A stretch of 64,000 nt of DNA from Noviherbaspirillum sp. (GTDB taxonomy: Bacteria > Pseudomonadota > Gammaproteobacteria > Burkholderiales > Burkholderiaceae_D): positions 268,233-332,232 of the forward strand of contig NZ_DATCMQ010000006.1 of NCBI RefSeq assembly GCF_036563305.1, given 5' to 3'. Shown in pieces: positions 58,194 to 64,000 of this stretch. A model generated the notes under the pieces. The model was not told the DNA's origin. It saw only the letters and a program-made list of their open reading frames with translations, and did no database searches. The position numbers and the translations under genes were made by a program. Every line of letters begins with the position of its first letter. Position 1 is the first letter of the stretch.

Positions 58194-58388
58194 CAGCAGG
58201 GCCGCGCGCTCAAGTTTTGGCTGCTGCCGACGTAACCGGCATTACCCTTTTCGAGAAGTGAGGGCGATTCGGCGACAACCGGTCAGATACTGGTTGTGAT
58301 CCTGCCGTTGAATTGGCAAAATGGTTGAACGTGGGAAATATTCCCAGGCAGTCATACAGACCCTTAACCACGCCCGGAGCACCGCGTC

Positions 58389-59249
58389 TTGCTAGTCATT
58401 GTCGGATATATCATTGTTTGCGCTTCCGTCTTCGGCGGATTTGCAATGGCGGGCGGTCACCTCGCAGCCTTGTTCCAGCCGCTCGAGCTGCTGATGATCG
58501 GCGGCGGCGCGGCGGGCGCTTTCTTCGTCGGCAACAACGGCAAGGCAATCAAGGCGACGCTCAAGGCGCTGCCCACCGTCTTCAAGGGTTCAAGGTACAC
58601 CAAGGCGCTGTACATGGAGCTGATGACCCTGCTGTTCGAGATTCTCAGCAAGGTACGCAAGGAAGGCCTGATGTCGATCGAAGGCGACATCGAGAAGCCC
58701 GAGGAAAGCCCGATCTTCAGCAAGTACCCGGGCATCATGGCCGACCACCATATTACCGAGTTCATGACCGACTACCTGCGCCTGATGGTGGCGGGGAACA
58801 TGGACGCGTTCCAGATCGAGAACCTGATGGACAACGAGATCGAGACCCACCACGCGGAGGGCGAGATCCCGGTGCACTGCATCGCCAAGCTCGGCGACGG
58901 CATGCCGGCCTTCGGCATCGTCGCCGCCGTGATGGGCGTGGTGCACACGATGGAATCGGTCGGCCTGCCGCCCGCCGAGCTCGGCATCCTGATCGCCCAT
59001 GCGCTGGTCGGCACCTTCCTCGGCATCCTGCTGGCGTACGGTTTCGTCGGGCCGCTCGCCAGCGTGCTCGAGCAGAAGCTGCACGAGTCGTCCAAGATGT
59101 TCCAGTGCGTGAAGGTGACCCTGCTCGCCAGCCTGAACGGCTATGCGCCGGCGCTGGCGGTCGAGTTCGGGCGCAAGGTGCTGTTCTCGACCGAGCGTCC
59201 TTCGTTCGGCGAGCTCGAGGACCACATCAAGCAGTCGAAGTCGAAGTAA
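58389..59249 (+). CDS. motA: Flagellar motor stator protein MotA
   Basis: TTG start giving (M)LVIVGYIIVCASVFGG, as in E. coli MotA MLILLGYLVV. 286 aa with four TM segments. Confidence 0.92.
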   Translation: MLVIVGYIIVCASVFGGFAMAGGHLAALFQPLELLMIGGGAAGAFFVGNNGKAIKATLKALPTVFKGSRYTKALYMELMTLLFEILSKVRKEGLMSIEGDIEKPEESPIFSKYPGIMADHHITEFMTDYLRLMVAGNMDAFQIENLMDNEIETHHAEGEIPVHCIAKLGDGMPAFGIVAAVMGVVHTMESVGLPPAELGILIAHALVGTFLGILLAYGFVGPLASVLEQKLHESSKMFQCVKVTLLASLNGYAPALAVEFGRKVLFSTERPSFGELEDHIKQSKSK

Positions 59250-59288
59250 GCGGCCATCACAACGGATATCGTTTAGGGACAGGAGCAC

Positions 59289-60236
59289 ATGGCTGACGAA
59301 GGGCTGCGGCCTATCATCGTAAAGCGCATCAAGAAGGGCGGCGGCGGACACCACGGCGGCGCCTGGAAGATCGCTTATGCGGACTTCGTCACGGCGATGA
59401 TGGCGTTCTTCCTGCTGATGTGGCTGCTGGGCTCGACCGCGAAAGGCGACCTGCAGGGCATCGCCGAATACTTCAAGACGCCGCTCAAGGTGGCGATGTC
59501 GGGCGGCTCGGGCTCCGGCGACAGTTCCAGCGTCATCCAGGGCGGCGGCAAGGACCTGACCCGCAAGGACGGCCAGGTCAAGAAGGGCGACGACCCGGCG
59601 ATGAAGAAGACCTACAACCTGCAGGCGGCCCACCTGCGGGAGCTCGAGCAGGAGCTCGAGCGCAATGAACTGGCCCGCCTGCGCACGCTGAAATCGAAGA
59701 TCGAGGAAGCGATCGAGGCGCGCCCGGTGCTGAAGCAGTTCAAGAATCAACTGCTGCTGGACATCACCACCGAGGGCCTGCGGATCCAGATCGTCGACGA
59801 GCAGAATCGCCCGATGTTCGCGCTTTCGAAGGCCGACCTGCAGCCCTATACCCGGGAGATCCTGCTCGAAATCGGCAAGGCGCTGAACGACGTGCCGAAT
59901 CGCATCAGCCTGTCCGGACACACGGACGCCACGCCGTACGCCAGCGGCGAGAAGGGCTACAGCAACTGGGAGTTGTCGGCAGATCGCGCCAACGCCTCGC
60001 GCCGCGCACTGATCGCCGGCGGCATGGACGAGACCAAGGTGCTGCGGGTGGTCGGCCTGTCGTCCGCCGTCCTGTTCGACAAGGACAACGCGTTCAATCC
60101 GGTCAACCGGCGCATCAGCATCATCGTGATGAACAAGAAGGCGGAGGAGTCCGCCTCGAAGGACGGCGGCACCGTCGAAGTGCAGACGCAGGGGCAGCTT
60201 GTTCAGCCCGAGGCGCAGAAGGCGGCCGCGCCATGA
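59289..60236 (+). CDS. motB: Flagellar motor stator protein MotB
   Basis: GGAWKIAYADFVTAMMAFFLLMWL plug/TM region, plus a C-terminal OmpA-like domain (LSGHTDATPY, NWELSADRANASRR, NRRISIIV). Confidence 0.92.
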   Translation: MADEGLRPIIVKRIKKGGGGHHGGAWKIAYADFVTAMMAFFLLMWLLGSTAKGDLQGIAEYFKTPLKVAMSGGSGSGDSSSVIQGGGKDLTRKDGQVKKGDDPAMKKTYNLQAAHLRELEQELERNELARLRTLKSKIEEAIEARPVLKQFKNQLLLDITTEGLRIQIVDEQNRPMFALSKADLQPYTREILLEIGKALNDVPNRISLSGHTDATPYASGEKGYSNWELSADRANASRRALIAGGMDETKVLRVVGLSSAVLFDKDNAFNPVNRRISIIVMNKKAEESASKDGGTVEVQTQGQLVQPEAQKAAAP

Positions 60237-60285
60237 GACGGATATTCGCGGGCAGTACAGGCGAGATGGGGGACGAGGCACAGCC

Positions 60286-60831
60286 ATGACGAGAGAAAAG
60301 ATGCTTGGGACGCAGGTCAAGCAGCTGCTGTCCAACTTGTCCGACCACGGGACGCAGCACCTCGCCGAGATCGAAACCGACCTTGCGCAAACCAGCATCC
60401 TGCTGGTCGAGGCGATCCAGAAGCTCGGCACCAGCTTCATGGCCATTCACGAAGCGGTGAATTCGCAGCAGCAGGAGATCGATACGCTGCTCGCCAGCGC
60501 CGCGGTGCCCGATGCCGTCGCCGGACAGTTGCGGGCGCGGCAGCAGGAGATCGGCATGCATGTGAACGCGGCCGTCACCGGCCTGCAGTTCCAGGACATG
60601 ACCAGCCAGCTGATCGGGCGGGTGGTGCAGCGGGTGACCGGGCTGCGCGAGGTGCTGGACGGCGTCAGCACCGGCAGCACCGGCATTTCCGACGGCAGCG
60701 CGGAAGAGATCCTGAGCGCGCTCACCAGCATCGACAGCGTGCTCGAAGCGCAGAGCGCGAGGCTGGAAAAGGCGTTGTGGAAGGCAGTGTGCCAGACCCA
60801 CATGGAAAGCGGCGACGTCGAGCTGTTCTAG
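60286..60831 (+). CDS. CheZ-like protein (putative CheY-P phosphatase)
   Basis: 181 aa helical protein between motB and cheY. LQFQDMTSQLIGRV resembles the CheZ active-site motif FQDLTGQVI. Confidence 0.45.
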   Translation: MTREKMLGTQVKQLLSNLSDHGTQHLAEIETDLAQTSILLVEAIQKLGTSFMAIHEAVNSQQQEIDTLLASAAVPDAVAGQLRARQQEIGMHVNAAVTGLQFQDMTSQLIGRVVQRVTGLREVLDGVSTGSTGISDGSAEEILSALTSIDSVLEAQSARLEKALWKAVCQTHMESGDVELF

Positions 60832-60903
60832 CCGACGACTCCGGAATGGCGGACAACAGGAATAGCGGGAATTTCCCGGCAACGAGTATCAGGAGCAACG
60901 AAG

Positions 60904-61269
60904 ATGGCAAAGACGATTTTGGCAGTGGATGACTCGGGTTCGCTCCGGCAGATGGTGGTGTTCAGCCTGCGCGCGGCCGGTTACCAGGTGACCGAGGCGA
61001 TCGATGGCCAGGACGGCCTGGACAAGGCGAGGACGCAGGTGTTCGACCTGGTGCTCACCGACCAGAACATGCCGCGCATGGACGGCCTGACGCTGATCCG
61101 CTCCCTGCGCGGACTGCCGACGTACCAGAAGGTGCCGATTCTGATGCTGACGACCGAATCGAGCGACGAGATGAAGTCGAAGGGACGCGCGGCAGGGGCA
61201 AACGGCTGGCTGGTGAAGCCCTTCGACCCGCAGCGCCTGACCGAAGTGGTGAAAAAAGTCATTGGCTGA
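60904..61269 (+). CDS. cheY: Chemotaxis response regulator CheY
   Basis: 121 aa single receiver domain. Motifs: VDDSGSLR, LVLTDQNMPRMDG, KPF. Confidence 0.9.
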   Translation: MAKTILAVDDSGSLRQMVVFSLRAAGYQVTEAIDGQDGLDKARTQVFDLVLTDQNMPRMDGLTLIRSLRGLPTYQKVPILMLTTESSDEMKSKGRAAGANGWLVKPFDPQRLTEVVKKVIG

Positions 61270-61314
61270 GCCTCAGCCGCCGGTGGAGCACATGCATGAT
61301 GACGGAGCCCGAAC

Positions 61315-63501
61315 ATGACCATTGACATGAGCCAGTTCTTCCAGGTGTTCTTTGACGAGACTGAAGAGCTTCTCGCCGAGATGGAAAAGCTGCTCCTTGC
61401 GATCGACGTCGCCTCGCCCGACGAGGAGGAGTTGAACGCCATTTTTCGCGCGGCCCATTCGATCAAGGGCGGCGCCGGCACGTTTGGGCTGACCGACCTG
61501 ACCGATGTCACGCATGTGCTCGAGTCCCTGCTGGACAAGATCCGCAAGGGCGAGATGGCGCTCTCGGCCGAACATGTCGACGCCTTTCTGGTGGCGAAGG
61601 ACGTGCTCAAGATGCAGCTTGACGGTCATCGCCTGCACACGCCGGTGGACCAGGACGCGGTCGGCAACGCCCGCATGCTGCTGCAGTCGCTGTCGCAGGG
61701 CGAGGTGGCGCCGGCGGCGTCCGTGACTGCCCTCGCCTCGGCTGCCGACGGGACAGAACGCGCGGCCATGCCGGGCGACCGCCGTTTCCGGATCGAGTTG
61801 CCGCAGGTTGCCGAGCGCGACGCCGACGCGCTGATGGCGGAGCTCGGGTTGCTGGGCGCGATCAGCAGGACGACGCTGCCGAACCAGCACACCTGCTTCA
61901 TCCTGTCGGGCGCCTGCTCGCAGGACGAGATCGTCGCCATCTGCTCGTTCATCGTCGACGCCGCCGAACTGCGTATCACGGAGGAGGACGCGCGGCCCCC
62001 GGCCAGCACGGCCCAGGCGGAGCAGGAAGCAGCCCAGGGCTACGGTTTCTTCGAGCCGCTCGAGAACTTTGCGCCGGCCGCGGGCAAGGCCGCGCAGGAA
62101 GCGAAGCAGGGGTATGGATTCTTCGACGACTTCGAGACGCCGGTGATGAAGGAAGCGCGCGAAGCCGCCGCCCGCGGCGAAACCGAACCGGCGCCCGCGG
62201 CAGCGGCAGCGGCGACGGTGACCGCATCGGCGCCCGCGGCGGAGTCCGTGGCGCAAGACAAGAAGGCTGCCGCCAAGCGCGAGGCGGACAAGGCGGCGCA
62301 TGCGCACAATGCCGAGACCACGTCGATCCGCGTTGGCATCGAGAAGGTCGACCAGCTGATCAATCTGGTCGGCGAACTGGTGATCACGCAGGCCATGATT
62401 GAGCAGCGCACCGGCAACCTCGATCCGATCCTGCATGAGCGCCTGCTCAGCAGCGTCAGCCAGCTGACCCGCAACACCCGGGACCTGCAGGAAGCCGTGA
62501 TGTCGATCCGCATGATGCCGATGGACTATGTGTTCTCGCGTTTCCCGCGCATGGTGCGCGACCTCGCGACCAAGCTCGGCAAGCGCATCGAATTCGTCAC
62601 CCACGGCGCCGCGACCGAGCTCGACAAGGGCCTGATCGAGCGTATCGTGGATCCGCTCACCCACCTGGTGCGCAACAGCATCGACCACGGCATCGAGATG
62701 CCGGAGGTGCGCAAGGCCGCGGGCAAGAGCGAGACCGGCCGCCTGTCGCTGTCGGCGGGCCACCAGGGCGGCAATATCGTGATCGAAGTGACCGACGACG
62801 GCGGCGGACTGAACCGCGAGAAGATCCTGGCCAAGGCCACCGCGCAGGGCCTGGCGGTGAGCGAGGGGATGCCCGACAGCGACGTCTGGCAGCTGATCTT
62901 CGCGCCCGGTTTCTCCACTGCCGAGACCGTCACCGACGTGTCCGGCCGCGGCGTGGGCATGGACGTGGTCAAGCGCAACATCACCGCCATGGGCGGCGTG
63001 GTCGAGATCCGTTCGGCCCGCGGCTTCGGCACCACCATCTCGATCTCCCTGCCGCTGACGCTGGCGATCCTGGACGGCATGTCGATCAAGGTCGGCGAGG
63101 AAATCTACATCCTGCCGCTCGGCTATGTGGTCGAGTCGCTCCAGCCGGACCCCGCCGACGTCAAGGAAATCAGCGGGCAGGGACGGGTAGTCAAGGTGCG
63201 TGGCGATTACCTGCCGCTGATCCCGCTCTACCAGATGTTCGGCATCGAGCCGACGTTCACCGATCCTTCGCAGGGCATCGTCGTGATCCTCGAATCGGAA
63301 GGCAGGAAGGCTGCGCTGTTCGTCGACGACCTGGTCGGGCAGCAGCAGGTCGTGGTCAAGAACCTCGAATCGAACTATCGCAAGGTCGCAGGCATTTCCG
63401 GCGCCACCATCCTCGGCGATGGCGGCGTTTCCCTCATCATCGACGTGGCAGCGCTCCTGCGCTCGTCCCGTCAGCTCGCCGATGAATCCATTTTCTCCTG
63501 A
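61315..63501 (+). CDS. cheA: Chemotaxis histidine kinase CheA
   Basis: Hpt domain ([15 protein letters not shown]); a linker with a duplicated QGYGFF motif; dimerisation and HATPase domains ([25 protein letters not shown]); C-terminal CheW-like domain. Confidence 0.95.
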   Translation: MTIDMSQFFQVFFDETEELLAEMEKLLLAIDVASPDEEELNAIFRAAHSIKGGAGTFGLTDLTDVTHVLESLLDKIRKGEMALSAEHVDAFLVAKDVLKMQLDGHRLHTPVDQDAVGNARMLLQSLSQGEVAPAASVTALASAADGTERAAMPGDRRFRIELPQVAERDADALMAELGLLGAISRTTLPNQHTCFILSGACSQDEIVAICSFIVDAAELRITEEDARPPASTAQAEQEAAQGYGFFEPLENFAPAAGKAAQEAKQGYGFFDDFETPVMKEAREAAARGETEPAPAAAAAATVTASAPAAESVAQDKKAAAKREADKAAHAHNAETTSIRVGIEKVDQLINLVGELVITQAMIEQRTGNLDPILHERLLSSVSQLTRNTRDLQEAVMSIRMMPMDYVFSRFPRMVRDLATKLGKRIEFVTHGAATELDKGLIERIVDPLTHLVRNSIDHGIEMPEVRKAAGKSETGRLSLSAGHQGGNIVIEVTDDGGGLNREKILAKATAQGLAVSEGMPDSDVWQLIFAPGFSTAETVTDVSGRGVGMDVVKRNITAMGGVVEIRSARGFGTTISISLPLTLAILDGMSIKVGEEIYILPLGYVVESLQPDPADVKEISGQGRVVKVRGDYLPLIPLYQMFGIEPTFTDPSQGIVVILESEGRKAALFVDDLVGQQQVVVKNLESNYRKVAGISGATILGDGGVSLIIDVAALLRSSRQLADESIFS

Positions 63502-63518
63502 TAACAAGGACAATCGCC

Positions 63519-64000
63519 ATGACACAGACAGCACAAGCCGCCCACCTCCCCGGAGACAAGGCCGACCGCGATATCGCGGGCCAGGAATACCTCGCCTTCA
63601 CATTGGGCAAGGAAGAGTACGGCATCGACATCCTCAAGGTGCAGGAGATCCGCGGCTACGAGACCGTGACCCGCATCGCCAACGCGCCCGACTTCATCAA
63701 GGGCGTGGTGAACCTGCGCGGCATCATCGTGCCGATCGTCGACATGCGGATCAAGTTCAAGCTTGGCGAGCCGACCTATGACCAGTTCACCGTGGTCATC
63801 ATCCTCAACATCGGCGGTCGCGTGGTCGGCATGGTGGTGGACAGTGTTTCGGACGTGATCACGCTCTCGCCGGAGCAGATCAAGCCGGCCCCCGAAATGG
63901 GGACGGCGCTGAATACCGACTATCTGATCGGCCTCGGCACGATCGAGCAGCGCATGCTGATCCTGGTCGACATCGACCGCCTGATGTCGAGCACCGAGAT
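63519..64000 (+). CDS. cheW: Chemotaxis coupling protein CheW, 3'-truncated by the window edge
   Basis: Hand translation gives [77 protein letters not shown]. The frame is open to the end of the window. Confidence 0.9.
   Translation, partial: MTQTAQAAHLPGDKADRDIAGQEYLAFTLGKEEYGIDILKVQEIRGYETVTRIANAPDFIKGVVNLRGIIVPIVDMRIKFKLGEPTYDQFTVVIILNIGGRVVGMVVDSVSDVITLSPEQIKPAPEMGTALNTDYLIGLGTIEQRMLILVDIDRLMSSTE

Overview
High-GC, betaproteobacterial-type chromosomal segment in three parts. (1) Positions 1-15.3 kb are a housekeeping flank: purA (5'-truncated), a phosphoribosyltransferase, tRNA-Leu(CAG), rnr, rlmB, cysE, a yceH-like gene, lpxH, ppiB, ppiA, cysS, an AlkA-like glycosylase, accA, tilS, lysC and tRNA-Ser(GCU). 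(2) A roughly 40.4 kb, visibly lower-GC genomic island sits in the 3' end of tRNA-Ser. It is bounded by a 17-bp direct repeat (15285-15301 and 55668-55684) and opens with two tandem tyrosine recombinases. Recognisable cargo: a type I Wadjet jetABCD operon with a divergent WYL regulator, a 1324-aa reverse transcriptase-nitrilase fusion (class 1 UG/DRT1-like), a HigB-like toxin with an HTH-ImmA/IrrE partner, and decayed P-type ATPase and MFS fragments. Several other modules match no described system that I recognise: (a) a five-gene operon built around a KptA/Tpt1 NAD+-dependent 2'-phosphotransferase, with two paralogous mini-proteins resembling the HipA glycine-rich loop and a zinc-ribbon protein; (b) a DUF4031 / divergent thymidylate-synthase-like / HhH-glycosylase-fold (possibly aGPT-Pplase-like) operon; (c) a 1990-aa transglutaminase-like/DUF4011/Upf1-like helicase/DUF559 nuclease/DUF3320 protein followed by an HNH gene; (d) a pair of possibly Nmad-like genes, one interrupted by an in-frame TAA; (e) a TerB-BRCT protein with two unknown partners. 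(3) Positions 55.7-64 kb are the flagellar/chemotaxis flank: flhDC, a membrane SAM-methyltransferase, motAB, a CheZ-like gene, cheY, cheA and cheW (3'-truncated). I saw no rRNA, CRISPR array or IS transposase. All functional calls rest on motif and architecture recognition by eye; no database search was run.
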